A DNA stretch of 64,000 nucleotides from Bispira polyomma (GCA_965649765.1 OZ287754.1:48980001-49044000), one strand, 5' to 3'. Counted from the stretch's first letter, positions 13,173 to 26,750 are shown. Made by a program: numbers and translations. The notes: a model not told the origin generated them from the letters alone.

Positions 13173-13959
13173 TATCAATAAAGCTCACATCACTGGCTTT
13201 TTTCAGTTTTTCTTTCTGATGGTTTAATAAGTGCATGTTAATGGATGCATACTTTAAAGCTCGCAGTATCAGAATCTTTAGTACAATTCTACACTTACAA
13301 CAATAGGATGGCGTCACCACTGTCATTTGAGCCAAAGGAAAAAAAAAATCAGCTAAATGCTTACTGGTAACAGGGTAACTGATTATAACCCTCCAAGACA
13401 GATTAATGGATCCTACTTCCAGACAATGTTCATAAATATATATGTATTCATAGCATCCTATCCTTTGAAAGTTCTTTAGTTTTAAATCATTCAAACAATG
13501 TATAGATTCTATTTGGACAATAGAAGGTGTTTAAAATATAGGAAGGCATGGTAGTATAAAAACAATACTATAATAAATATTTGTGGTGAGTGGAACTCTG
13601 TTCATTGAATTGAATATTGAGAAAATAGAAGTTTGGAGAATAGAGGTTCTTCCCCAAGTTCGAGAAAAAGGAGTAACGAATTTTGTGGAATTCCAGTCCT
13701 GTCCTTTAGATATCAGAACTAGTTTTATCGATTTCAGTAGTTTGTAAAAGTCACGGCTCAACCAAGTTTTTGGTTAACATACCGCCCTTAGGGCACTACA
13801 CTACTTTCCTTATGACTCCGGCTTTGTCTATAAGCTATGTTTTTGAACTACTGAAATGATTAATATTTTCACATTGTGAGGGGGATACTGCATCAGCAAA
13901 GAATAGTGGATAAGATTACAGAAGGATTTTATTGATCAGGGTTGAATTTCAAGATTCTG

Positions 13960-14330
13960 CACTATAAACCACCAGGTATCGGTAAATAACTGCCAACTTT
14001 TTGACATATAGCCGCAGCTGAGATACGAACCCTCGACCTCAAAGGTGGGAAGCGAGTGTATTAACCACTATGCCACTGCCCCCCACCCCCCATTACACAA
14101 AAAGGAACTGTGGTGGCCTAGTAGTTAGAGGTATTGGCTTCATAATCACTGGCCTTTCACCAATGTGGGTTCAAATCCCCTTTGTTCCTTCATGTGGAAC
14201 GTTTATTTGGTCGGTACTAAAGGTATTCGCCATAGGCCAGTTGTTTAAAGTTTCTTTTACCATTAAAACTTGCTATTATGATTCGACCAAAGCTTTTGAA
14301 AGCGGTGTAAAATCAAACTAAATTTGTTTT
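13960..14330. mobile_element. Two older tRNA-derived SINE copies, divergently oriented
   Basis: Minus copy ends ...AACCACTATGCCACTGCCCCC (~14085). Plus copy begins GTGGTGGCCTAGTAGTTAGAG with B-box-like GGGTTCAAATCCC. Related copies at ~27530-27690 (-) and ~28150-28370 (+). Confidence 0.55.
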
Positions 14331-14729
14331 AACAGAATTACTGTAGTTTCTATAATAAAGGCTGCCTCTCTAATTAGAGCCCACCCCCTTTTAAAAGGTT
14401 TTTTAGAGATTTTTAGGTCACTAAATGCCAAAATTTCAACAGGAATCTCATTAAAATACTATAGAAAATCATTGCATCTCTCCTTCAAGCTGTTTAGAAA
14501 AATGTTAAAACAGTGACTTGTATAGGGTATTTGGATGATAATACATTGTCAGCTTTGTAAATTGCATTGACCTGTGGTTAAGAATGTGGATATTATTTCG
14601 ATAGTGTTTTATGTATGTTACTATTATTTGTTTTAACAATATGTTATACACTGCCACCTACCACCACTGTTTCATTTAATAATAGCCCCTTTTGAAAAAA
14701 CCCGTACTATCTGTTTCTTCTGTCAAACC

Positions 14730-14996
14730 CTCCAGGAAGGCTGGATCCAGAGCTTTCTCTATTGCAGCTCGCTTGATATGGAACAGTCTTCCAGTCAACC
14801 TCAGATTGTCAGACACACTTATTGGTTTTTACGTGGCCTTCCCACCACAGTTTCCCTCCTGTACACCCCCACATTCTTCCTTGCGACCATGCTATGTCCA
14901 TGGATTACATAATTGGATAACTGATTCTGCTGTTGCACTTTAGAAGATGCCTAGTATCAATAAAGCATGTTAAAATGCATAATAATAATAATAATA
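14730..14996 (+). mobile_element. 3' fragment of an L2/CR1-group LINE
   Basis: Encodes GSRAFSIAARLIWNSLP (typical ORF2 C-terminus) and ends in an (ATA)n tail. A related copy lies at ~22000-22170. Confidence 0.7.
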
Positions 14997-15008
14997 AGAC
15001 TTTATTAC

Positions 15009-15932
15009 CTTGTATCGCTTGCGTTGTATTTTATCAGCCAGACACAGCTGCACGGATTTCTTCCTCAGTTCTGCTTCCCTCTTCTTTATGATTTCATTGT
15101 CCCACCACTTTTGAAATCTCACCGTGAAGCGGTTGGTCATGGTGTCGCGCATACGCATCACTATGGCCCATTTGCTACGGTCGTCTATGTGCGGCTGGGT
15201 GGGGTTCTCCATCTTTTCCTTCAGCAGAGCCCAGTAAGACTGTCGCCTGTGCTGGGAGGCACTGAGATCACTGGATGACCTCCTTAGTCCTCTGTACATT
15301 GAGCCTCCGCCAGCATTTAATGGAGGAAGGAGAGCTTCATCATCCTGAATAGAAGACTGGGTTGGCAAGGTAGAAAGCGACGAATGTTTTGCTAGGCGCT
15401 TGTTTTTCCTCAAAATGGAAGGTTTTGATCCAGAACCATTTGGTACTTTCTTTGAACGAGCTTTATCAGAGCTTTCATCCATGATCTGGACTTTGTTATT
15501 GGTCACTGTCTCTTCATTATTTTCTTGTTTCAGGTCACTGGATGGGCTCTGTAATCTGCATCCTACACGTGATCCTGCCCCAGCACTTAATGGAGGAAGG
15601 AGAGCTTCATTATTCTGAATGGAAGACTGTGTTGGCAAGGTAGAAAGCGAGGAATGCTTTGCTAGGGGCTTGTTTTTCTTTGGAGTCTTTGGAGTAGCAG
15701 GTTTTGATCCAGGATCATTTGATACTTTTGTTGCTAAACCAGCTTTATCAGCGGTATCATCCACGAACTGGACATTGCTATTGACTGCTGGAGACTGGCT
15801 TTTCTCACGATTCTTAGTTTTCCTCAAAGGGTCAGATTTTGATTTGTCAGACATATTTGACACTTTTTCCGAACCAGCTTTATCAGTGGCTTCATCCATG
15901 ACTACTGGAGACTGTTTTTTTTTTGTGATCAC
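15009..15932 (-). CDS. Large coding exon of an unknown Ser/Lys/Pro-rich protein with a 90-aa internal repeat
   Basis: ORF of more than 300 codons in AT-rich DNA; first ATG at 15899. 270-bp in-frame duplication. Likely donor AAG/gtaata at 15008, after which the ORF runs into an (ATA)n repeat. Confidence 0.55.
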
Positions 15933-18570
15933 CTTTTTGTGTCTTTAAATTCAGATAACTGCTTTCTCGGGAGATACTAATGTCTCTGCATTGTTTCCTT
16001 CTTTTGTGTGTCTACCAGAGTTGCTATCCATACTTACTGGTGTTGAGCAGACTACAGGCTTTGATTCTAGGTTTTGATGGGAATCCAATCATTATTGCAG
16101 TTGCTGGTGTCATCACTATTATACATTTGAATACCTTGTACATTATTCTTTACTGAAAAGTGACAAAATATATAAGGTACATGAAATATACTTTTCTTGG
16201 TACATGGTTCAACTCGTCGCTCTGAGTTTTTAATGTTTGATAAAGTGAAAGATGTTTTGGTGTAATTAATGCCTAGGTTACATGTTTTTATCACCTTTCA
16301 AATCATGGCAAATTACTCTTGAGTTCCTTCCATGTACGTTTTAGCACGTGTGCATCTAGTTCAACTCTAGACATGTTTTCATCGGTGCGACAATTTTTTA
16401 AATTTTTCTTTAAAACATCTGTGGTGATGGCTGAAGCAAGGCATGTTTTTTCCCAAATAGATGCATTTCACCAATGATGTTCTATTTCGATTTAAGTACA
16501 ACTACAGAGGTATCTGGATGGCTATGATGGTATGGTGCAGGTGTGACCTCCGCATTAAGCTACATTAGGTACTGTACTGGATGTCAACTTAGTCTAATTC
16601 AATAATATATTATAATAAATTGTATGTATGTACGTAAAATATTTACAATGAACATAATATCATTAGAAAATAATTTATTGGCTCTAATAAAGTGTTTATA
16701 CATTTGGAGTACAGTCTAACCCATTTAACTAGAACTCTATCTAAATCGATTTGCCCTTTTAAGTAGAAAAAAACTAAATTAAGTAGAAATTAAGTAGTCT
16801 AACAAAGGTTGTTTCTTTAAAATCCAACTCTGTTAAGTGGACATAAGTACAGGTAATTTCTAATAATCCCTTAAAGTTCCACTTAAATGGGTTCAACTTT
16901 ACACGTGCATCAATAATAAAACTTAATACCAGGAAGCTGAAGAATCATCATTATTTGTTTTAAAAGTTTTTCAAAGTCAGCATCAAACACTGGAGTCTTA
17001 CCGAACAATACAATTACGACAAAACTATATGTTTAATGTGTCTTTTAAACTTTATTTCAATTTAGTTTTATATGAAAATAATATCTTGATATGTTCAATT
17101 TACAGTAAAAACAGTAGACTCACCATTATCACAAATACACTGTCTCATATCCCACCTCTGAACTATCCATCCACAAAGTCAAACATTTTTGACCCCCCAT
17201 GCACATTTGTCACCATACAGTTTCTATATATTTATATATATATATATCGACATAAACAAACAGAAGCTTTTTGAATCAATAAACAAGATTGGGATTGATC
17301 TATTATCCTGCTCTATTAATCCTTGCCATGCACTGGCTATTGTGAGAGTTAAAAAAGGGGCCCTAGTTACACCTATTCAACCCGGTGGGTCACAAGGCCA
17401 ATGAAGAATGCCCATGTTGCATGTGCAGTTATGACCTGTCATAAGTCTCTGCCTCTTTTTGTTAAAGGACCTTATATCCCACTAGTTATGGGCTTTCCCA
17501 CACAATGCCATTAAAACAAAACAACAAAAAAAAAAACACAAAAACATAAAAATAATAATTGTAAAGTGGGCTGTTGCTGTCCCAAAAAAAATTCCTAGCT
17601 CAAGTCTGGGCTCAAACTTCAATATATTTACAAATAAAAAGTAAGAGAAATGAAAACCTGATTGCATATTTAAATTCAGCACTGAATTCTTGATTAAAAT
17701 GAATGCTCACAAGGACAGGTTATTTTCATAATACAAAAAGTTGACAAGATATTCAGCCATACTTGAGTTAAGTGAGAGTTTGAGTTTGAGTTTCTATAAA
17801 GTGAGAACGGACACCGGTTGGATTTATTATATCTAGCCATCACTGTTTATTATTGCTGCAAAAAAGAGACCAATGGAGTTTTAGGGGGACTGGGGAATGG
17901 GGATAAATTCAATGGGAGTCCTTTTTTTTGTCAGAGCTAATAGTAAGATTTCTCCACACTTAAAGTTTTGTTTCAATATTTTTTTTACAAAACTTAATCT
18001 GACTAAACCCTCTTTTCGTTGAATATCTCAAGAGATCAGCGTAAATATTGATCTACTTAAGCAGGACTTCCACTTAACAGGGTAAATTGGAAAGAAACAT
18101 AGCCTTTTGGGGGGACTATGAATGTTTCTCCTTAAAAGAAAATTGTCTTTACAAAGAGTTATACTTAAAGAGATTCAATTGCATTGGATTTTCCTACATT
18201 TTAATATTTTAATACAATTAAAAATGATTGGTGACCATGGAAATCAACTTAGCAAGGCCACCAAATCTGTCGTTTTTGTCAGGGTGTGTTTATTATAATT
18301 ATAAACTGTATCATTGGTAACAGAAGTTTGGAAAATAGAGTCTAGAATGTCTTATACATATGAGGAACTAATTTGGTGTAGAATATATATATACAGCCAA
18401 ACCTAGTTTAGTAAGATTCTGTGTTTCCTTTTTGTAGATTAAACTTGGTATTTTTTCCACAAAGACTTTCATTTTAAAATCTACTGTGTTAATTGGAAAT
18501 CTTGCTTAAGTAGAGGTTATTGTTCCAGGTGCCTTGTAATTTGACTTGAAGGAGTTCAACTGCAAATCTA

Positions 18571-18783
18571 CAGTAGAACCTCTATTATCCAACCCCATGT
18601 TAGGAAGGTACAATGTTAGCAAGGTACAATTCTAATTTGAAGATAATACAAGCTTCATAAAATAGAAGTGGCACTTGCTTCAGTATAAAACAAGAGGAAA
18701 ACATACATTCGGGGAGTAAAAACGGGTGTATAAAAGGGAATATTTGGATTTGAACAAAAGTTTGGATAATAGAGGTTCTACAG
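18571..18783. mobile_element. TA-flanked Tc1/pogo-type MITE
   Basis: TIR CAGTAGAACCTCTATTATCCAA / TTGGATAATAGAGGTTCTACAG, TA flanks. Related copies at ~32931-33060 and ~36230-36494. Confidence 0.75.
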
Positions 18784-19079
18784 TACTACAATATTATTAC
18801 TACCCACTTGAACAAACTAATAGCGTGAATACAGATTAAATTTAGCTTGACACATGTTTAGATGATGTCACCACAAGCTGTTGCTCAATTAAATTCAGGG
18901 CCCATATTTTCCAAAGAAACTCAAGCTTAAACTCAAAGCCTCAGCTCAAATATACCTTGTACATGGAATAAACCTGCATTTGTGACAATTCCTCTTAACA
19001 GAGATTTTAACACTGAGTTCCCAAATATGCAGTGAGAGGTGAGATATGTTTAATGTATACAGAGTTATAGAGAGTCCAG

Positions 19080-19321
19080 GGCTGGTATTCTCGAACGTAT
19101 ACTCAGCTTTAACTCATACTCAACTCGAATTTGGATTCTCTACAACTCTGAATACAGTAAACATATCTAAAATCTGACTTCGTATTTGAATTCAGTGATG
19201 AAAGCTATATTGTAATGAATGGTCACAAGAAAAGGTTATTTCCATGTATAATGATTTCCACATGGTCTATGTTTGAGTTGAGTATGAGTCTAAGCTGAGT
19301 ATACGTTCGAGAATACAGGCC
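19080..19321. mobile_element. PIF/Harbinger (Tourist-like) MITE with CAG TSD
   Basis: Long TIR GGCTGGTATTCTCGAACGTATACTCAGCTT / AAGCTGAGTATACGTTCGAGAATACAGGCC. CAG at 19077-19079 and 19322-19324. Confidence 0.75.
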
Positions 19322-19959
19322 CAGATTGGCGTTGAGTATAAGTTAGAGCTGAGTATACGTTTGAAAATACCATACCAAGTATTTGTAGCGGTGTACAGTA
19401 AACTCTGTAACTAGATCCAGTATAACTCTAATTTCTCTACAACTAGAAACAAATTTCTAGTTCCAACATTAAAAATACTAATTGGAACTTAGGAATAAGC
19501 ATAAATTAGCCATTAATAGAAACCAAATCCTACGGGTATTGGACATTCGACTTATACAGAGTCTATCTTATTATACAGTTGAACCACCCTTTAAGTCAAA
19601 GCTCAAGGCATCAGTACTTAAGCAGCATTTCCATTTAACACGGTAGTTTTGAAAAGAAAATATCTTTGTGGGACTACATACTTCTTTCCATATGAAAAGG
19701 GAAATCAAGCTAACACAGTTTTACTTACAGACTGTATAATCCAGAAAAAACGTACTTATAAATTTTAATGAAACCTTTGCTTTTCAGATCAGCAGCTGTG
19801 ACTCCAGGCACTCATAATACCAATTTCTGGTTCATACCGCCACATAGAGGACAGCAATGTGGAAAACAGTTGTTCCAGGGACAAATCATGTTTTAGGTTG
19901 AATGGCAATGGCGGTAGAATACGTGCCTATAGACATTGTGGAGTTTGATTTTCTAATGT

Positions 19960-20270
19960 TGCAGTCCTTGCATGTGATTGTTGGGTAAAGCCAGGCCACA
20001 TGTTGCAAGAGTATGTTCAGACTATCTTTAACAGCAGAAATATTCGGACACTGAAATGGCCTGCATTCTCACCTGACATGTCTCTGATTGAGCATGCATG
20101 GAAAAAAAATCAACCCAACCTCAAAAGATCCAACTGTTTAAAGTGGCATTGTAAAATCAGCGGAAGCAAATACCCGAAAAGATTTTTCCAGGTGCTTAGT
20201 TGGAAGCATGAGATGGTTTTCCAATAGATGTATAGCTAAACATGGAGTACACCCTCATTATTAGTTGTTA
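19960..20270 (+). pseudogene. Tc1 transposase C-terminal remnant
   Basis: ARPHVAR-like sequence and WPAFSPDMSLIEHAW, matching the Tc1 WPxxSPDLNPIExxW motif. Confidence 0.8.
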
Positions 20271-21149
20271 GACATAAGTAAGTAATTTTAGTATAAAGTA
20301 GATACAAGTTGCATTTCTATTATTGCCAAGTATAAAAATAATAATAAAAATGACAAACTATACAAACCATCTCTGAAATCTACATCATTATGAAGCTGTT
20401 AGAAAATCCTGTCAAGTTGCTTATAAATAAAACTTTTTTTTTATTCATTGATCAATGCAGTCCATTTTAGCCACCAGCCCTCACACAATGGGTGTTCATG
20501 TCAAAAAATCATTACCTGTGACATTACAGGGAATTTCCTTTAAAGATTCATATATGTAAGTACTGTTACTATGTTACTAAGAGGAAAAAAGTAATAACAC
20601 ACACACATCTAAAAACCTTTTTTGTTCAGAAAGTAAACAGTTCTAGAAAGAAAATAGAAATTATAGAATGGGTTGTATTTGGGTATAAATACAAGATTTT
20701 ATAAAATTTACCAAAATTATCAAGAAATTAAAGACTATGTCAAGGCATCAGATATAAGTTAGCCTTTATTTTTGCGAGTATTTATTTATAACATACACCA
20801 CATATATTAAAAATTTTTTTATTCATTTTGCCCTAACATTTAGACTAAGGTGATCTTAACCTTTGACCTGTGTATTTTAAGAATATTTATTAGCTAAAGG
20901 TCTGTTGCTAATTTATTTTAATTGTTACATCTTAAGGCTACCTGAAGTTGATTAGGCTTATGTTGTATTTATTTAAATGTTATTCTTAATGTAGATGTTT
21001 TGTGTATATAATAAAATGTCATGGCCACAGAATGTTGGTGAGCAAAAAGCACACCCCTCCAAAGCACACCCCTCCCCACTTACCAAGGACATAAGTTCCC
21101 TCTTTGAAATTGTATTAAAACTGTTTGATATATTAATCACTTTTTTATT

Positions 21150-21690
21150 TCATAATGACATCACAACAAATAACCCTATACCTCAAATAAGCACTTATTA
21201 CTCTGTATAAAATTAAAGTGACAACCATTTTAATGTAATTTTTTATCACTGACATGTATTATAACTATATACAACCTCAAATAAGCACTTATTACTCTGT
21301 ATGAAATTAACAATGATAAATTTTTAATGTTTTTTTTTTTTTGTGATCACTGACATTTATAATAACCATATACAACCTCAAATAAGCACTTATTACTCTG
21401 TATAAAATTACAGTGACAAACATTTTAATGTCATTTGTTATCACTGACATTTATTACAACTATAAACAACCTCAAATAAGCACTTATTACTCTGTATGAA
21501 ATTAACAATTACAAACCTTTAATGTCTTTTTGTTATTACTGATATATATTTTAACTATATACAACCTTCAATAAGCACTTATTACTGTAAAAAGTGACAA
21601 TTACAAACTTTTTAGTGTCTTTTTTTGTTATCACTGACATGTATAATATCTATATACAGCCTTAAATAAGCACTTATTACTCGGTATACT
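21150..21690. repeat. Minisatellite, ~94-bp unit, ~6 copies
   Basis: CCTCAAATAAGCACTTATTACTCTGTAT recurs at ~21181, 21275, 21376, 21470, 21565 and 21660. Confidence 0.92.
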
Positions 21691-22728
21691 TGTACTTTTT
21701 GATAGGTTTAACAATTTTAATTTAAAAAATGGTTATGAAGATAAAATTGTTTATATCAAAAAAATTGTACTGTATATAAAACTTTATGACGTACAGACTC
21801 GTTTATAAATCATGAAGTACTGCAGAGAAAAATGTAACAAACATATGATGAGAAAGCTTATTTTATTATGAACACTCAGCGTTTGAATTCAGCTACCCAT
21901 CCTAACTTAAGTTAGGGTATTATAGAAGTGACTAGTGGAGACACCTAAGGGTGGGGAGGCACACTATAACTCCATATATACGGCACCCTAGACCTCCAAG
22001 TAGACATCCAAGTCTCAGATCAGTAGAAACACTTAGTTTCCCTCCTGTACGCCCCCACATCTTTTCTTACAACCTTGCTTTGCCTATGGACTGATTCTAC
22101 TGTTGCGCTTTACAAGATGCCTAGCATTAAAAAAGCTCGTTAAAAATGCATAATAATATTAATATTTATAACTGGTAAACCAATTAACCAATGAACAAGA
22201 GTTTTCTTATAAAAAGACACAGGCCCGAGTATTCACAAAAATCTAACATTCTTGAATCCGGGTACCCACAAATTTGGTACCAATCTCAGAAACCAGTCTA
22301 GCAATATATGGCGGCTGATTGTAAACAAGGTGTCGCAAACACACAGTACCAAAAGTGTGGGGTAATATTAGAAATTATAAGGAAAAAGTATATAAACTGC
22401 AAAAGTTAGACCAAAGTTATTGTTTTGATGAAGAAAACATATTAAAGAGGTGGTACATATTAGTTTCATAGATGCTTCACCAATATACCCAGGCGGTAAT
22501 GAAATATACCAATGTGTGCCGAATACCTTGCCCTAATAGCATTTGGGCACGCTTGACAGCCTCAGTTTAAACGGGTCGATTGCTTCCAAATAATCCATGA
22601 AGGCAATAATATTTCTAAGATGGTGGTGCCCTTATCAATAGAGCGCTGCCCCTTTTAAGAATAAAAACAACGCCAGGTTTATGTTAAAGATCAATTTCTT
22701 TATAAATCGATATACATTCATAATCATA

Positions 22729-22734
22729 TTTATT
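22729..22734 (-). promoter_or_regulatory. Candidate polyadenylation signal AATAAA of the SEA-EGF gene
   Basis: TTTATT on the + strand, about 35 nt downstream of the minus-strand stop at 22770. Confidence 0.4.
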
Positions 22735-22769
22735 TGACTGGCATTCAACTTAATACTTTTCGTGGTTAC

Positions 22770-23065
22770 CTAAACACCCCCACCTCCTCCCACTGCCAGT
22801 TCAGACACAAACTGTGGCTGTTTGATGTAAACATTATTATTAGGTCCACCAGCCTGCAGACCAAGCTGTTGTAGACATTGGTACATTAGACATCGCTGGT
22901 TGCCAGTAATGTAACTGATAGTGTTCACACTTGCGTCTTGACAACCTTGTGCTATACAGTCGTCTTCACTGACATTGTCCACAGTAGTGAGTATAGTGCC
23001 ACAGTTCACAAGTAGTGCGCAGCTGTACAGAGTGCAGTCGATAATTTTACGGAAACTGCATGCAG
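22770..23065 (-). CDS. Terminal exon: PAN/apple- or MANSC-like Cys-rich domain
   Basis: Acceptor ttctttcag, phase 1. Encodes ACSFRKIIDCTLYSCALLVNCG...SEDDCIAQGCQDASVNTISYITGNQRCLMYQC...NVYIKQ; stop at 22770-22772. Confidence 0.75.
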
Positions 23066-23370
23066 CTGAAAGAATTAAAATCACAGTTGACATGAATTAC
23101 ACGTGATGTACAACGATGACTGAATTAAAACAGTTACATATTGCGCCGAATTATTGACATTTCATCATATAAGGCGCTTATTTCTCTTATTTCATACCAT
23201 TGGTGTTAGACGATGGCCCATAGTAACCATTAATGGCACTATTGTCAGTCAAACTAGGGACCTTCTGATCACCAGACCAACTCTCTAGCCTCTTGTATTA
23301 TTTGTAAAGCGCTACATTGATATACATAACTTGTAAATCTTGGACTAGTTTAAAAAAGTTATTCATTTAA

Positions 23371-24140
23371 ATCTGGCTTTACCTTATTGTGATTGTTAGT
23401 GAATATATGCTTTTCTATCTGGCTCTACCTCAATGTAATTGTTAGTAAATGTATCATTTTCTATCTGGCTCTACATCAATATAATTGTTAGTAAATGTAT
23501 GATTTTCTATATTGCTCTACCTCAATGTGATTGTTAGTAAATGTATACTTTTCTATTTGGCTCTACCTCAATGTGATTGTTAGTAAATTTATGATTTTCT
23601 ATCTGGCTCTACCTCAATGTGATTGTTAGTAAATGTATGATTTTCTATCTGGCTCTACCTGAATATAATTGTTAGTAAATGCATCATTTTCTATCTGGCT
23701 CTACGTCAATATGATTGTTAGTAAATGTATGCTTTTCTATCTGGCTCTACCTCAATGTGATTGTTAGTAAATTTATGATTTTCTATCTGGTTCTACCTCA
23801 ATATGACTGTTAGTAAATGTATGATTTTCTATCTGGCTCTAACTGAATATAATTGTTAGTAAATGTATCATTTTCTATCTTGCTCTACCTCAATATGATT
23901 GTTAGTAAATGTATGTTTTTCTGTCTGGCTCTACCTCAATATAATTGTCAGTAAATGTATGTTTTTTCTGTCTGGCTCCACCTTAATATAATTGTTAGTA
24001 AATGTATGATTTTCTATCTGGTTCTACCTCAATGTGATTGTTAGTAAATGTATACTTTTCTGCCTGAATCTACCACAATGTGATTGTTAGTAAATATATG
24101 CTTTTCTGTCTGGCTCTGCCTCAATGTGATTGTTAGTCAA
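23371..24140. repeat. Minisatellite, 46-bp unit, ~17 copies
   Basis: Unit ATCTGGCTCTACCTCAATGTGATTGTTAGTAAATGTATGATTTTCT (starts 23371, 23417, 23463...). Confidence 0.96.
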
Positions 24141-24239
24141 TGACATTTGTGATGTATTCTTGTTTAATTCTATTTGTAAACTTGTTATAATTTAGTTATG
24201 TAACCTAGGTTTCAAAAATTCTTTTTAAAAAAGGAAAAA

Positions 24240-24700
24240 AAATCCAGATTGATATACATCCTTCTCAAGCACGTGTTGTCCAAGGAAGAGGGATAGTCCT
24301 AAATACAAGAAAGATATCATAACCAATGGAAGAGTCAGGCATGGAATGCTATGGTGGGTGGGAAGGCCAATCTAAAGAGACATGTTTGTCATTTGTTCCT
24401 GAAAGAAGTAATTTATGTTAGGGATCTGAAAAATGGTGGTAACTTGTTCCATTCCACCAAATCAGTTACTTGAAAGCTGTAGTGCTAAATATAGATTCCA
24501 TTGTTGAACTATTACACTTGACTAGGGAAGACAAGCAAGATGGTTGATTGACTGAGATTGACTTGAAAGTGACAAGTTGTATTTAAACAGGATGAAATAT
24601 TTTATTGGGAGTCAGTGTAATTTTTGAAGGTATAGGGACTGCCATGAGTATGGATCAAAGAATACCACAATTTCAGTATGATAAACGACCTTAAATTGTG
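24240..24700 (-). mobile_element. Degenerate LINE (L2/CR1 group) 3' fragment
   Basis: Minus strand encodes WNKLPPFFRSL..SFRNK..TCLF, a typical ORF2 C-terminal motif, with stops. Confidence 0.5.
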
Positions 24701-25815
24701 CAGATAATAGAAGCAATTGTCACCACAATAACCTCTGACTAACCTTACTCCCTGAACTAAGGGTCTTTTATAGACTTGCTTACAAGTCTATACTGTTTAT
24801 GAAACACTATATGACTGCATTTTACAAAGTTCCCATTCTGTCCAAGAGGTGTCAGGACTAGTTTTCTATAACTGCCAACTTCTTCATTTTATCGCAAATG
24901 TAAATCCATGGAGGGATATAGACTAACAATCATAATGCCCTCATGGAAGGACCTTGTACAAGGTGTAGGTCTTTTACAGAAGTTTGTATACACATAATGT
25001 GCACATTATAGAAGTCCTAGAACAATTGACAGCAACTGCAAGTTAAAAGGTGACTGAAATAATTTATATAATTATAATTAATTTATATATATATGTTTTT
25101 TTTAATATATGAAATCCATACATTAATAGCTAAACTTTCTTCTAGTCCTTTTTGTCTCAAGCACTATATGAGGTCAGTATGACTTTATATAAAGACTAGC
25201 TCAATTCGCATAGTCGAATCATGATGACTTCATGCATGGTGGATAAGGAATAAATACACAGACTTGTCAGTAAGTACATAGACTTGTGAGCAAATCTTAA
25301 TTATAGCATACGACTTACTTATCTTAGAGTACACATTACAAAAAATGAAGAACTGTCACTTCCCAGATAAATAGATTTACATATAATAACAACATTAGAA
25401 TAAGTAAAAAAAAATTCTGTACTAAAGGCTTTTTTGTTCTTGATAATGAGGATTTACTGAACTATTTTACTTGAATATACCTATATTTTGAAATTTTGAT
25501 ATGGAACAGCCATTTAAAAGTGAAATTTAACTAGCTATGATTTATTATTATGCGATTGATATTCATTCTACTGTCTGACTGGTTTAAAGCCAAGCACATG
25601 ACCCATTAGCTATTGGCTAGTTGATGTTAATTTTTGCAGAGGAATATTTATTTTAAAGTATTTATTATTTTATAAACTGATGCAAGTTATTATATTGGCA
25701 AACACATTGCTTCTCATCGTCCACTATTGGTTTCCTTGGATCAATAAACATTTTGTATTGCACTTTTAACCCTTCCGATCTCTATGTTGTCAGCTAAATT
25801 TTTTTTTTTTTTTTT

Positions 25816-26049
25816 TAAATTGGATATTTAACGTCCACTCTAGTACCTGTATAGGTTATATTGGGATGGGTAGTTGGAAACGCTGGATACGGTTGATCAA
25901 GGTTCTGCACTGAAACTAGCGGCCCACAGTAAGGAACTACCATCTTTCCCACATAGGCATCAACGGGATTCGAACTTACGCCGCCCAGAGGTGAGAGACA
26001 AGTGATTGTAAAGCGCAATGCTTGATAACCACTAGGCCACCACGGCCCC
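25816..26049 (-). mobile_element. tRNA-derived SINE (young family), copy 1
   Basis: A box TGGCCTAGTGG and B box GTTCGAATCC on the minus strand; A-rich tail; near-identical to four other copies. Confidence 0.9.
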
Positions 26050-26750
26050 TATGTTGTTGACTAGCAACCGACAGTATTTCTTACTCCCAGAACCTATGTC
26101 TGTCGCCAAGCAGATGAGCGGCCAAAAATGTTTGATTTTCATTTATTTCCTTGCAATAGAAAATTGTTAGTACAGCAGAATCCTCCGTTTAAACAATTAA
26201 TACTCGAGGTCGTTATTGAAAGCAGGAAGTAGTCTGTGGTGTGTTTTAGTGACTCCAGCTATATATAACCTATTACCCAAAAGATTTCCTTGAGTTCCAG
26301 GCAATAGTTCTCTGTTGGGGTTGAAACGGTGTAAGATGTAATAATTGCTAAATATATACAGTGAAACTGCAAGCGGTGAGCCGAACAAAGTAAAAATATG
26401 TGCCCCATTGTACAAAGTTTACTTGTAACTATGTAATAAGCAAAATCAGCATTGAGTGTGCATGCCGGTGGCTTTCCTTCCACTTAAAATGTTCAATCTT
26501 AATATCAATTAAATTTGTTTTAACAAAGGTTTTGTTATTATATCTTTATTTTTACAATAACTTTTTTTATGATGTATTTAATCAAACTAAGATTTTATTA
26601 CTTGTTCTGGTTATATTTTTCTTTATTATCTCGCACTGAAGCACAGTCATCACATTTTATATATGTCCATTTGTAATGCTGAATTGGCTTATACCAATGT
26701 GCAAACACTAGAAATAAGAGCACATACCTAAACCTGAGCTATATACTTAC

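Noticed and set aside
12942-13494. ORFs containing IYIYIY runs
   Set aside because: Read-through of the (AT)n microsatellite.
23371-24140. Regular repeat array resembling a CRISPR
   Set aside because: Contiguous 46-bp tandem units with no unique spacers and no cas genes, in a eukaryotic intron.
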